64,000 nucleotides of DNA from assembly GCA_964402565.1 (NCBI GenBank), contig CAYOCJ010000001.1, positions 288,079 through 352,078 on the forward strand, read 5' to 3'. The notes beneath the pieces are model-generated. The model saw nothing but the letters and a program-made list of their open reading frames with translations, did no database searches and was not told the origin of the DNA. Both the position numbers and the translations under genes were made by a program. This stretch comes from an uncultured Gammaproteobacteria bacterium (GTDB lineage Bacteria > Patescibacteriota > Patescibacteriia > UBA1558 > 2-01-FULL-52-15). Every line of letters begins with the position of its first letter. The first letter of the stretch is position 1. Of the stretch, positions 1 to 10,113 are shown piece after piece.

Positions 1-857
1 TGCGGTATCTGACCGTGTAAGGTCGTCGCACACGTAATCGGCAGCCCGGTGGTACCGTCGCACAGCCAGATCCCGCGACCACGTGTCTTGGTCGTTTGCT
101 CGTCGATTCGATCGATGAAGACTTCGACATCGCCTTGCAGGGTTTCCTTGCTGATACGGCTCGCGAGCGGAGGAGGCATCAACTTTTTGCCACCGATGAT
201 CAGCTTGAACATCTGATTCTGCTTTCTCGGGATCCGCCAGGCAAGGGACATTCGCACTTCTTCGTGATTCTTGAACACAGGGTTCGGGATCACGATAGCG
301 GTGAAAGACCCTTTGATGTTTTTCTGCGGCCCGAGCATCGTATCGTCCGGGTCAATGGACGATTTGCGTGGACCGCCGTCACGTTCTATCTCCGCGGGGA
401 TCATCTTGATCGACGTGATCGCACCGCGAGATGCGGTTCTCGTGAAAATGTAGAAACCGTTCTGCGGATCGCCTTCGAAACACGCTTTGTTCAGCGCGAA
501 AGCGGCGAACCGCCCGATGCATTTCTGAGCTGCGCCGCTATGCGTACCACGGGAGCGCTTTTCATCGCGGATCGGCGCACCGACACTACAGAAGCGTTCG
601 ATGGCAGGCTCGGTGAAACCTGATCCGCGATCGAGCACAACGAGCGCTCGCCCTTTGGGAGCGAGTGGATGATTGTCGACGATGGTGATGTCGACGTCGC
701 CGATGGTTGGCTTCCAGGTTTCCTCAGGCATGCAGGCGACGACGCCGTTTCGAACGATTTCCCAGAGACAGTGCCCGGGATCTTCGTACAGCGAACCGGC
801 CAGGTTTTCCATCAGGTGTCCGGCTGTGATCCGGAGTTGGAGAATTTCCTCCCTCAC
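1..857 (-). CDS. GHKL/Bergerat-fold ATPase-like protein, N-terminal ~285 codons (gene continues past window start)
   Basis: Minus-strand frame open from GTG at 857 to position 1 with no stops (hand translation). Motifs WEIVRNGVVAC (N-box-like, cf. gyr[12 protein letters not shown] in this window) and LVVLDRGSGF (DxGxG G1 box). RBS AAGGAGG 5 nt upstream. GTGA overlap with stop of upstream gene. ~57% GC versus ~46% for neighbouring helicase gene. Plus-strand ORF 96..623 is Arg-rich antisense. Confidence 0.5.
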   Translation of the reverse strand, partial: MREEILQLRITAGHLMENLAGSLYEDPGHCLWEIVRNGVVACMPEETWKPTIGDVDITIVDNHPLAPKGRALVVLDRGSGFTEPAIERFCSVGAPIRDEKRSRGTHSGAAQKCIGRFAAFALNKACFEGDPQNGFYIFTRTASRGAITSIKMIPAEIERDGGPRKSSIDPDDTMLGPQKNIKGSFTAIVIPNPVFKNHEEVRMSLAWRIPRKQNQMFKLIIGGKKLMPPPLASRISKETLQGDVEVFIDRIDEQTTKTRGRGIWLCDGTTGLPITCATTLHGQIP

Positions 858-1660
858 CGTTTCCTCCTTTGAGCCGAAGTCGGCCCCTGTATCATGCGTC
901 GGATACCGAGGAGACGTTCATCATCCTCAGTTAGCGGCGTTGTTATCGAGAGCCTCTCGAAGACTTCGTTGGTGATGCCGACATTTTTTCCAAGCCTGCG
1001 AACGATGTCGATGATATTTGCACGGTCTCCATCGAGAAACTTGCTGGGATCGAGAAGCGTCGACTCCATCACGGTTACGATGGAGCGGAGCGCAGTGATG
1101 CCTGCTCCGATGATCTCGCGTTGATCTGTAGATGGCCCGGATGACACTGGCGGAGAATCGGTTGCTGCAGGCTCGAGTTGTGGAGCAGATGGTGCGTTCG
1201 GAATTTTTCCATTCCTGAGCTGCAGTAAGCCGGACAGCACCAGCTTGAGGGCTTCGCGGGTCGCCCTTCTGCCTTTTTTCCACTTGTTGATGGTTTCCGT
1301 GGAGACCAGGAGCGCATGTTTCAGAACATTGATCTTGCCGTACCGCTCGAAATAGATTTCGATGGCTGCGAGCAGTTCGCCTGTTGAGCGTACATCGGAG
1401 AGCGGATCGTCTTCCGGAAAGAGCTCTTTTTTTACATCATCGAAAATGAGCTTTCCGACGTCGATACCCGTTACTTGCTCGATCAGGTCAGCGTGCATGA
1501 AGACGATTCTGTCGTCCACCAGGCCTTGCTGGATGGCGACAATGTTCCCAATTCGCATTTGCTGTGCAAGCCGAGCACGCTTTGTGGGGTCTTGATCGAG
1601 TGCTGCTGAGAAGGCCTGCGCTAGCAATGACTCAGATTTCCGTGATGATTTGCTCTCCAT
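854..1660 (-). CDS. hypothetical protein with central XRE-like helix-turn-helix (LVSTETINKWKKGRRATREALKLV)
   Basis: 268-aa ORF, GC-rich, translationally coupled (GTGA) to downstream GHKL-like gene. HTH pattern recognised by eye. No other recognisable domain. Confidence 0.5.
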   Translation of the reverse strand: MESKSSRKSESLLAQAFSAALDQDPTKRARLAQQMRIGNIVAIQQGLVDDRIVFMHADLIEQVTGIDVGKLIFDDVKKELFPEDDPLSDVRSTGELLAAIEIYFERYGKINVLKHALLVSTETINKWKKGRRATREALKLVLSGLLQLRNGKIPNAPSAPQLEPAATDSPPVSSGPSTDQREIIGAGITALRSIVTVMESTLLDPSKFLDGDRANIIDIVRRLGKNVGITNEVFERLSITTPLTEDDERLLGIRRMIQGPTSAQRRKR

Positions 1661-1841
1661 GGGATTCCTTTCCGCACTGATTGCAGTGGTGGTTTTACAT
1701 TGAGAGGTAAGTTCTTAACGAACAACTGAACCAAAGTGATGTCACTTCGGTGAACCGCATAGAATAGTATAGTGAGCGTATTTTGTCAATGTTTTTAATT
1801 GCATGATTCGACCTTTTTTACTACACTTTGTGTACAAAAAA

Positions 1842-4784
1842 ATGGCCATACATTTGACACATTTGAACGAAAATCAAAAAAAAGCCGTCACGCATGGCTC
1901 GGGACCTGTGCTGCTCGTAGCAGGAGCGGGCACGGGTAAAACTACCGTTGTTACCAACCGTATCGCATGGCTTATTGCCGAAGGCAGAGCGAAACCTGAA
2001 GAAATTTTGGCAGTTACATTCACTGAAAAAGCTGCAGCTGAGATGGAGGAGCGCGTCGATCAGTTATTGCCGCTTGGCTATACCGATCTATGGATCCACA
2101 CCTTTCATGGTTTTTGCCAGCGCATTTTGACGGATCATGCGCTTGATATCGGCGTACCGAATGATTTCAAGGTGTTTGATCAGACTGCAACATGGATCCT
2201 AGTGCGCGATAATCTGGAGAAGTTCGATCTGGATTACTATACACCGCTCGGCAATCCGACCAAATTCATCCATGCATTGCTCCAGCATTTCTCGCGCTGC
2301 AAAGATGAAGGCGTGTATCCCGCCGACTATATCCGATATGCTGAGCAGCTGAAGCTCGATGCTGACCAGGCAGCTGATAAAAATGCGCTCGGAGAAGAAG
2401 CTCGTCGCATTGATGAGATCGCGAATGCGTACCACATCTATCAACAGCTCTTGCTCGAGAACGCGGCGCTTGATTTTGGCGACTTGATCAATTATGCGTT
2501 GAAGCTATTCCAGACCCGCGCGGCCATTCTTGAACACTATCGCGCTCAGTTCAAGTATATTCTGGTCGATGAATTCCAGGACACGAACTATGCACAGTAT
2601 GAATTAGTGAAGCTGCTTGCAGCACCAAAGAATAATATTATGGTCGTAGGGGACGATGACCAGTCCATCTATAAGTTTCGCGGCGCGTCTTTTTCAAATA
2701 TCATTACGTTTAAGAAAGATTTCAAGAAAGCAACGAGTATTTTTTTGACCGATAATTATCGCTCTGGCCAGAAGATACTTGACGCTGCCTATAGTTTCAT
2801 TCAATTGAATAACCCTGACCGCCTGGAGGTAAAGCTGACGAAGGGCAAGCAGCAACTTCAAAAAAAATTGCTTTCCCATACGTCCTATCCCGGTGAAGCA
2901 ACATTGCTGCATTTTCAAAGCGCTGATGATGAAGTACGCGGCGTGATAGAAAAGATAAATGAGCTGAGGGCACACAATAGTGACTTTACCTGGAACGATG
3001 TTGCGATCTTGGTGCGTGCAAATGACCAGGCACAGCGATTTGTCCGCTATTTCAGGTCACTGCGTTTGCCGCATCAATTTCTTGCGGCAAAAGGACTGTA
3101 TAGCCAGGAGATCATCCTTAACATTCTTTCATATTTGAAACTGCTCGATAATTATCATGAATCGGAAAGCCTGTATCGTATTTTGTCTTTGCCTATCTGG
3201 GGCCTGGCGCATGAGGATTTGGTACATTTGAATTTTCTTGCTTCCAAGAAAAGCTGGAGCCTGTGGCATGCGCTGACTCATTATCGAGGCGAGCTGGAAC
3301 TTTCACAAAACACCATTGCGGCGATCGAGAAATGCATCACCTTGGTTCAGGAGCATACTAAACTTTCGGCAAAAATGGATCCTTCGGTTTTGATCTATCG
3401 ATTCCTTGAGGATAGCGGTTATTTACAGGTGCTGACTTTGGAGGACAGCGAAGAGACGAGAGAGCAATTGCTGTATTTGAACCAATTTTACAAGAAAGTC
3501 CGTGCATGGGAAGAAGAGCATCTCGACGGCGGCGTCAAAGCATTCGTTGATGCAATTAACCTTGAGCTTGAATCTGGCGACGCTGGTAAACTTGAGCAAG
3601 ATATCGAAGAAGGCCCTGAGCAAATTAAAATATCTACGATCCATAGCGCGAAAGGGCTGGAGTACCGCTATGTCTTTATTGTCGGCGTGATACATTTGCG
3701 TTTCCCGAGCCGTGAACGCAAAGACCCGATCGAGATCCCTGATGCCCTCATCAAAGATGTATTGCCTGAAGGCGACGCGCATATACAGGAAGAGCGGAGA
3801 CTGATGTATGTAGCACTGACGCGCGCTAAAGAAAAGGTCTTTCTCACCTACGCCGACGACTACGGTACCGCAACCATACGAAAACCTTCCCGATTCCTGG
3901 GAGAATTAGGCTTCCCGACGGACCAAAGCCCGATGGCGGTGAACACCGAACTGGTGCTCGACGAGGAGCAAAAGAAAACGAAGATCCAGTATAAACTTCC
4001 GAGTAAATTTTCGTATACGCAGTTGAAAGCGTTCGAAACCTGTCCGAAGCAATACTACTATGCGCATGTGATCAAGATCCCCGCAGCAGGAAAGGCAGTT
4101 TTTTCGTTCGGCAAGATCATGCACGGTGTTTTGGAAAAATTCTTTTCGCTTGTTCGCGAACGAAGCAGCGCAGAACAGGGAACGCTGTTCGCCGCAGCTG
4201 ATACAAAAAAGCATGAATCAGTTTCACTCAATGAGCTGCTGCAGATCTATGAAGAGTTATGGAGCGAGGATTGGTTTTTCGATGAAGCGAATAAGAAAAA
4301 ATACAAAGCCCATGGAACGGAGCTTCTGCGAAAATTTTACGCGAGCATGCAAGGCGTGATCCCGGTCCCGGTTGCATTAGAGCAGCCTTTTGTTTTGAAA
4401 GTCGGTGCGGCAAGTATGAAAGGGGTGATCGACCGGATCGATGAAGTTGATATTTCGGGCGAGAAGCAATGGAAATTGATCGATTATAAGACCGGACGAC
4501 CTCCCAAAGAAGGTAAACTTGATTTTGAAAAAAAAGAACAGCTATTGATCTATCAGATAGCTGCGAATGAGGTTTTTGGAAAAAAAGTCGGTGCGCTCGC
4601 CCTATATTTTCTTGAATCCCAAGAGCAATATGAATTTGTGGCCACTGAAAAAGAATTACAGAAAGTGAAGATGCTCATCACGGAGATGATCGATAGTATC
4701 AAGGCTTCTGACTTTGCGCCGACGCCGGGTTTCTGGTGCAAGGATTGTGATTTCAGGTTCATTTGTCCTGCTGCTCAGCGCTGA
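1842..4784 (+). CDS. UvrD/PcrA-family SF1 helicase fused to C-terminal Cas4/AddB-type Fe-S PD-(D/E)xK nuclease domain
   Basis: Walker A GAGTGKTT after MAIHLTHLNENQKKAV. UvrD motifs (DEFQDTN, VGDDDQSIY, TIHSAKGLE, VALTRAK). C-terminus has CPKQYYY, DYKTG, QLLIYQ and CKDCDFRFICP (4-Cys cluster). Start taken at ATG 1842 rather than 1803. Confidence 0.8.
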   Translation: MAIHLTHLNENQKKAVTHGSGPVLLVAGAGTGKTTVVTNRIAWLIAEGRAKPEEILAVTFTEKAAAEMEERVDQLLPLGYTDLWIHTFHGFCQRILTDHALDIGVPNDFKVFDQTATWILVRDNLEKFDLDYYTPLGNPTKFIHALLQHFSRCKDEGVYPADYIRYAEQLKLDADQAADKNALGEEARRIDEIANAYHIYQQLLLENAALDFGDLINYALKLFQTRAAILEHYRAQFKYILVDEFQDTNYAQYELVKLLAAPKNNIMVVGDDDQSIYKFRGASFSNIITFKKDFKKATSIFLTDNYRSGQKILDAAYSFIQLNNPDRLEVKLTKGKQQLQKKLLSHTSYPGEATLLHFQSADDEVRGVIEKINELRAHNSDFTWNDVAILVRANDQAQRFVRYFRSLRLPHQFLAAKGLYSQEIILNILSYLKLLDNYHESESLYRILSLPIWGLAHEDLVHLNFLASKKSWSLWHALTHYRGELELSQNTIAAIEKCITLVQEHTKLSAKMDPSVLIYRFLEDSGYLQVLTLEDSEETREQLLYLNQFYKKVRAWEEEHLDGGVKAFVDAINLELESGDAGKLEQDIEEGPEQIKISTIHSAKGLEYRYVFIVGVIHLRFPSRERKDPIEIPDALIKDVLPEGDAHIQEERRLMYVALTRAKEKVFLTYADDYGTATIRKPSRFLGELGFPTDQSPMAVNTELVLDEEQKKTKIQYKLPSKFSYTQLKAFETCPKQYYYAHVIKIPAAGKAVFSFGKIMHGVLEKFFSLVRERSSAEQGTLFAAADTKKHESVSLNELLQIYEELWSEDWFFDEANKKKYKAHGTELLRKFYASMQGVIPVPVALEQPFVLKVGAASMKGVIDRIDEVDISGEKQWKLIDYKTGRPPKEGKLDFEKKEQLLIYQIAANEVFGKKVGALALYFLESQEQYEFVATEKELQKVKMLITEMIDSIKASDFAPTPGFWCKDCDFRFICPAAQR

Positions 4785-4827
4785 TACCGGTGATAGAAAA
4801 AAATATTCGAACGCGGTATACTAGTAC

Positions 4828-5791
4828 TATGAGAAAAAAAAGACTCGTTAATTCAGCTTTTGGGTTTACGTTGATCGAGCTGCTGATTGTCATTACCGTT
4901 ATCGTACTTTTGGCCAAGATCATGCTCGCCAATATTACATCTGCTGAAGATAAGACACGAATGGCGACTTTACTCCGATTTGAGACTTCTGTCGATCGTG
5001 CGCTTGGGCCAGCATTAGTCGGTGAGTGGTCATTTGATAAGCTTCAAACAAATCAGACAACGGATCTAGATACATCTACGCGCGGTAATGATCTGACCAT
5101 TTGTCCGACATCAGGAGCAACCTGTGCCGTTGGGCAGGATTGTTATCCGCCTGCTAATAGCGGACTCTGTGCTCAGGGCATCGGGATGGGACAATGCTTT
5201 GATACGAGCAATTTGGCCTCTGGGGGCACGTATACAGCTCCCTACACCCAATATTGGCTGAGCAGGCCGTATTCGTCGTTGCTGGGTATGAACAGTACGC
5301 AGGGCAAAACGGTCAGTTTGTGGATCAAGACTCAGCCTTTTACGTATGTTACACCGTCGGCGCCTGGTCTTCAGGTTTTATTACAACAACGCGATGAATA
5401 TGCCATAGGTCTTTTATACGTTTCAGGCACCGGATATCGGGTGCGCATGTATTTCCATAGCACATCAAGCGGTATCGATACATATACCATCATGGCATTC
5501 CCTGCAGTGCCAGTAAAGGTTGATGATCAATGGCACCATATCGTGGCAGTATGGGATAACCCTCATCAAAAATACGCGGTGTTCATTGACGGGAAGAAAT
5601 CGCCCGTTACTGTCAATGCATCCTATGCGCCTACGCCCGCGGCCGACGCAGGGAATTTCTCAATAGGCAGAGGCGATATTTCATATGCAAATGGCCCAGC
5701 TCCGGCAATATGCACTGAGGTATCTACCTATGAATATTGGACAGGTCTTATCGACCGCGTCCGTGTGTACAATGATGCCCTTGATATTTAA
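4828..5791 (+). CDS. prepilin-type N-terminal cleavage/methylation domain protein with C-terminal LamG/ConA-like jelly-roll
   Basis: N-terminus MRKKRLVNSAFGFTLIELLIVITVIVLLA (GFTLIELL class-III signal). C-terminal DDQWHHIVAVWDN..FIDGKK..VRVYNDAL resembles LamG. -10 TATACT at 4815. Confidence 0.7.
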
Positions 5792-5849
5792 GTGTTTTTG
5801 CCGCATTAAAAGGATTGATTTTTGCCCAAAAACTTAGTACACTAGGGCA

Positions 5850-6248
5850 ATGAGTCTGTCTGTTCGCAGTCATATTATTTTCATGCTTCTCGCAACCGTG
5901 GTCGCATGGATTTGTTGGCTTGTGGTAATTCTGACAGTGAATCCTCTTGATGTTGCAGCATGGGGATTCGGACTCTTTTACATAACGTTATTTCTTTCGC
6001 TCTTTGGCTCCTTTGCAATACTTGGCTTTACTCTCAGAAGCATCATTTCCTTTCGGCGCTCGACGTCCCGGTATCGGGTTACCACATCCCTCAGGCAAGG
6101 CTTTCTCTGGGCTTTAGCCATGATCATTGTGCTGGTATTGCAGGGCCAGCGGCTGCTCAGTCTATGGATCTTCGGGCTTATCGTTATTATTTTTGCATTA
6201 CTGGAATTATCTATCGTCAGCATGCAGCAAGAGCGCGAATCGCATTAA
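5850..6248 (+). CDS. hypothetical membrane protein (about 4 TM helices)
   Basis: Hydrophobic segments. Immediately upstream of pheS. TAGTACACT -10-like element 8 nt before ATG. Confidence 0.45.
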   Translation: MSLSVRSHIIFMLLATVVAWICWLVVILTVNPLDVAAWGFGLFYITLFLSLFGSFAILGFTLRSIISFRRSTSRYRVTTSLRQGFLWALAMIIVLVLQGQRLLSLWIFGLIVIIFALLELSIVSMQQERESH

Positions 6249-7263
6249 TATGGAACAGAAGCTACAACAATTTAAGAACGACTTTTTGGCGAAGTATAAG
6301 AAGCTTTCAAATAGTGAAAGCGTTGAGCAGCTCATGCATGAATTTTTGGGCCGTAAAGGCTTCATAACGAATGCATTGCGCCAGGTCAAAGAGTTGAGCG
6401 AGAGCGAGCGCCCCCGACTCGGCAAATTGGCCAACGACATCAAGAAAGAGCTCGAACATCTGGTCATAGAAGCCCGTTCAAAGTTTGCAGGTCACAGCAC
6501 GCAGCAGACCGCAGCCAGCTTTGATCCGACGCTTCCGGGTACGCATCATGCCTTGGGACATCTGCATCCGACGACGCAGATCCAGTATCAGCTTGAGGAC
6601 ATTTTTCGACAAATGGGATTCATGGTTCTCGATGGCCCTGAGATCGAGTCTGAGTTTTATAATTTCACGGCATTGAATATCCCGGCAGATCACCCGGCGC
6701 GAGATATGCAGGACACGTTCTGGCTTTCTGACGGCAATTTGCTGCGCACACACACGTCTCCGGTCCAGGTGAGGGCCTTGCAGAAATACGGTGCGCCATT
6801 CAGAGGCATTGTGCCGGGAAGGGTATTCCGTTATGAATCGACCGACCCTTCACATGACCATACCTTCTATCAAATGGAAGGACTTATGGTGGATACAGAT
6901 ATTTCTATCAGCCATTTGATCGGCATGATGAGCATGCTGCTTGAAAATATTTTCCAGGCAAAAGTAGAAGTCCGCCTGCGCCCTGGCTTTTTCCCATTCG
7001 TCGAACCTGGTTTCGAGCTGGACATCAAGTGCTTGATTTGCGGCGGTCCCGGCTGTTCAGTGTGCAAGCAAACCGGATGGGTTGAGCTCATGCCCTGCGG
7101 ACTCGTGCATCCGGAAGTGCTGAAGGCAGGCAACGTTGATCCGGAAAAATATTCAGGATTTGCATTTGGTTTAGGATTGACGCGGCTCGTTATGATGAAA
7201 CACGGCATTGATGATATTCGTCTATTGCAATCAGGCGACATTCGATTCTTGGAACAATTCTAG
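6249..7263 (+). CDS. pheS: phenylalanine--tRNA ligase alpha subunit
   Basis: HPARDMQDTFW, FPFVEPGFELDI class-II aaRS motifs. Start MEQKLQQFKNDF chosen inside the longer ORF. Confidence 0.9.
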
Positions 7264-7264
7264 T

Positions 7265-9691
7265 ATGTACTTATCCTTAAATTTTATTAAACAGTATGTG
7301 AAGCTTCCGGATGCGAGTCCGAAAGACCTTGCATTGGCTCTGACCATGTCTACCGTTGAAGTGGAGGATGTGATCGATCAAGAAAAAAAGCTTGAAGGGA
7401 TCGTCGTCGGCAAGCTCATAGACGTGGTGAAGCATCCGCAGGCCGACCGGCTCTGGGTATGCCGCGTCGATATCAAATCAGAAATTTTGCAGATCATTTG
7501 CGGCGGCAATAATTTGAAGAAAGATATGCTGGTGGCAGTTGCCAAGGTCGGATCGAAGGTCCGCTGGCACGGAGAGGGGGATCGCATCACGCTTGAAAAG
7601 GCAAAGATACGAGGTATTGAAAGCAATGGCATGATCGCGGCGTCTGATGAACTGGGCCTGCAGCGCTTATTCCCCGGGGGAGAGCGCGAGATCCTGGATC
7701 TTTCTCCATACCAGGTGCGCGTCGGCGACCCGCTGGCTAAGGCTCTGGGTTTGAATGACTTTTTGCTTGAAATAGATAATAAGTCGATGACGCATCGCCC
7801 TGATCTATGGGGCGAATATGGCTTAGCGCGCGAGTATGCAGCGATTTACAGCTCTCCGCTCAAACCTCTGAAAATAAATCCGATCCCCAGTCCGGCGAAA
7901 GGACAATTGCCCCTGACGGTATCAGTGAAAGATACTGCGCTCTGTCTCAGGTATATGGCATTGGTCATAGATAATGTTTCAGATCGTCCGTCGCCCTGGT
8001 GGCTGAAGCGCGATCTGGATGCCCTCGGCTTTCAGAGCATCAATGCTCTCGTTGACATCACTAATTATATTACCGCGGTCCTGGGCCAGCCGATGCATGC
8101 ATTCGATTATGCGAAACTTGCCGGAAGCAGCATAGTCGTAGAACGTGCTGGCGTCGGAAAAAAATTCAAAGCATTGAATGGCAAGGAGTATGAGCTGCCT
8201 TCTGATGCGCTCATGATCAAAGATGCAAAGAAGCCAGTTGCCGTAGCCGGCGTCATCGGAGGCGAGTATAGTGCAATTTCCGAGAGCACCAAGACCGTTG
8301 TCCTGGAAGTCGCTACCTTCGAAGCATCCTCAGTCCGGAGAACGTCCACTGCTTTGGCATTGCGTACGGAAAGTTCAGCCCGTTTCGAGAAAAAACTTGA
8401 CCCGATCCTGGCTCCGCAGGCCTTAGCAATGGCGGCGGATTTGATTTTACAAGTCATGCCTGAAGCAGTAGTTGCGAGCAAAGTCTTTGATGTCTATGGC
8501 GGCGATGAACCCCAGCGAACGATCCAGGTTTCGAAAGAGTTCTTAGATCATCGGCTTGGCATTGTTCTTGATGCGAAAGAGATCGTGAACATTTTGAAGC
8601 GGCTGTCATTTGGCGCCGCGTATAAGAAAGATCTGTTTTCGATCACGGTGCCATCCTTCAGAAGCAAAGGCGTTGCCGCACGCGAGGACATCGTCGAAGA
8701 AGTAGCGCGCATCTATGGGTACAATAATATCAAACCTTCTCTGCCTATTGTCGAGATCGCAAAACCTCAGAAAGGATCGAGCTCGCGCGTCGAACGCGAA
8801 TGCAAAATGATCCTTTCGAAAGGCCTGGGTTATACGGAAGTGTATAGTTATTCATTTGCAGATCCGAAATGGACTGAGCGTCTTGAGCTCAATCGGGGCC
8901 GTATCACGGTAAAGAATGCGATAGCGCAAGAGCTGTCTTTTTTACGCACCAGTTTGCTGCCAAATTTGATCGGAACAGCTGCCTCGAATATACGCTGGCG
9001 CGATGCGTTCAAGTTATTCGAAGTCGGCCGTATTTTTAATAAGTCTGTCGGCGAACACGCCATCGATGGTTCATCCGGTGCATTTTTACCCAATCAACCC
9101 ATCATGGTCTCAGGCATTGCCGTTGCAAAGAAAAATAATCTAGAAAAACTTTACAGAGAACTGAAAGGCGATATCAATGATATGTGCAAGCAATGCGGCA
9201 TCAGTCTCGCCTGGAAAGAGTCTGTGAAGCATCCATTTGGCGATGCAACGTTTGAATTACGATCCAATGCCAAGACCGTTGGCGTCTTCGGTGTTCTGAA
9301 AGAAGAAATAGCGGGCAGCGAGTTCGAAGGGTATTGTCTGGTGTTCTGGGAATTGCAATTTGAGTTCTTGGTCAAGCATGCAAGCTTCTCGCGCAGCTAT
9401 CAGCCGCTCCTGAAATTTCCGTCAATTTCACGCGATATTGCGATCATTGTTGATACATCAGTTTCCTGGGGCGCGGTAGAACAGGTCGTGCAACATCTGT
9501 CACCATTGATCACGGACGTTTCATTATTCGATATTTTTACCTCTCCGAAGCTTGGTGCAGGGAAGAAGTCTATAGCCTTTAGCCTCACGTTCGGCAGCGA
9601 GGAGCGGACACTCGAGTCTTATGAGGTCGATCAGGTTATCAATAAGCTGACGAAGATTCTCAAAGAGAAATGCGGAGCGGTGGTGAGGTAG
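7265..9691 (+). CDS. pheT: phenylalanine--tRNA ligase beta subunit
   Basis: N-terminal MYLSLNFIKQYV tRNA-binding domain, B3/4 and FDX-ACB-like C-terminus. Directly follows pheS. Confidence 0.9.
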   Translation: MYLSLNFIKQYVKLPDASPKDLALALTMSTVEVEDVIDQEKKLEGIVVGKLIDVVKHPQADRLWVCRVDIKSEILQIICGGNNLKKDMLVAVAKVGSKVRWHGEGDRITLEKAKIRGIESNGMIAASDELGLQRLFPGGEREILDLSPYQVRVGDPLAKALGLNDFLLEIDNKSMTHRPDLWGEYGLAREYAAIYSSPLKPLKINPIPSPAKGQLPLTVSVKDTALCLRYMALVIDNVSDRPSPWWLKRDLDALGFQSINALVDITNYITAVLGQPMHAFDYAKLAGSSIVVERAGVGKKFKALNGKEYELPSDALMIKDAKKPVAVAGVIGGEYSAISESTKTVVLEVATFEASSVRRTSTALALRTESSARFEKKLDPILAPQALAMAADLILQVMPEAVVASKVFDVYGGDEPQRTIQVSKEFLDHRLGIVLDAKEIVNILKRLSFGAAYKKDLFSITVPSFRSKGVAAREDIVEEVARIYGYNNIKPSLPIVEIAKPQKGSSSRVERECKMILSKGLGYTEVYSYSFADPKWTERLELNRGRITVKNAIAQELSFLRTSLLPNLIGTAASNIRWRDAFKLFEVGRIFNKSVGEHAIDGSSGAFLPNQPIMVSGIAVAKKNNLEKLYRELKGDINDMCKQCGISLAWKESVKHPFGDATFELRSNAKTVGVFGVLKEEIAGSEFEGYCLVFWELQFEFLVKHASFSRSYQPLLKFPSISRDIAIIVDTSVSWGAVEQVVQHLSPLITDVSLFDIFTSPKLGAGKKSIAFSLTFGSEERTLESYEVDQVINKLTKILKEKCGAVVR

Positions 9692-9702
9692 GTTGTTGGC
9701 TC

Positions 9703-10110
9703 ATGAAAAAACAAATTAAAAAAAGACCGCCACAAAAATTAACGCGTGTCGGCCTGAATATGTTTGTTAACACCGTAAAACTTCGCAAACTGCCTTTGCC
9801 AATTGTTACAGTATCAATCAAAAAGCTGCTCTGGCATTTTGATATGCCAGTATGGGAAAAAGATGGAACTGATGATTGGAACCTTACTCCATGGGAGGTG
9901 ATTGAGAAAAAGAAATACAGTCAGGACCATCGCAAAATCGTTAGGAATGCAAATGCTCGCTATCCTATTGTTGTGACCCGTTATAAATCAGAATTAGTCA
10001 TTTTGGACGGAGAGCATCGATTAGTGAAAGTATACGAGCGTGGCAATACGACTATCAAAGCAAAAATTATCCCCGCAAAGTATTTGAAAATGCGAGAGTT
10101 TAAATCCTAA
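9703..10110 (+). CDS. small basic hypothetical protein, possible ParB/Srx-like fold (VILDGEHRLV)
   Basis: ORF ends 3 nt before pdg-like gene. DGxHR-like motif only. Weak. Confidence 0.35.
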   Translation: MKKQIKKRPPQKLTRVGLNMFVNTVKLRKLPLPIVTVSIKKLLWHFDMPVWEKDGTDDWNLTPWEVIEKKKYSQDHRKIVRNANARYPIVVTRYKSELVILDGEHRLVKVYERGNTTIKAKIIPAKYLKMREFKS

Positions 10111-10113
10111 ACC

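Noticed and set aside
96-975. Plus-strand ORFs 96..623, 271..453, 669..872, 673..975
   Set aside because: Arg-rich, low-complexity translations typical of antisense frames in GC-rich DNA. The minus-strand frame carries recognisable ATPase motifs, an RBS and coupling to the upstream gene.
1803-1841. ORF-track start of helicase at 1803 (MIRPFLLHFVYKK)
   Set aside because: Helicase Walker A follows shortly after the internal Met at 1842. The upstream extension is hydrophobic and unlikely to be part of a UvrD helicase. Either start remains possible.
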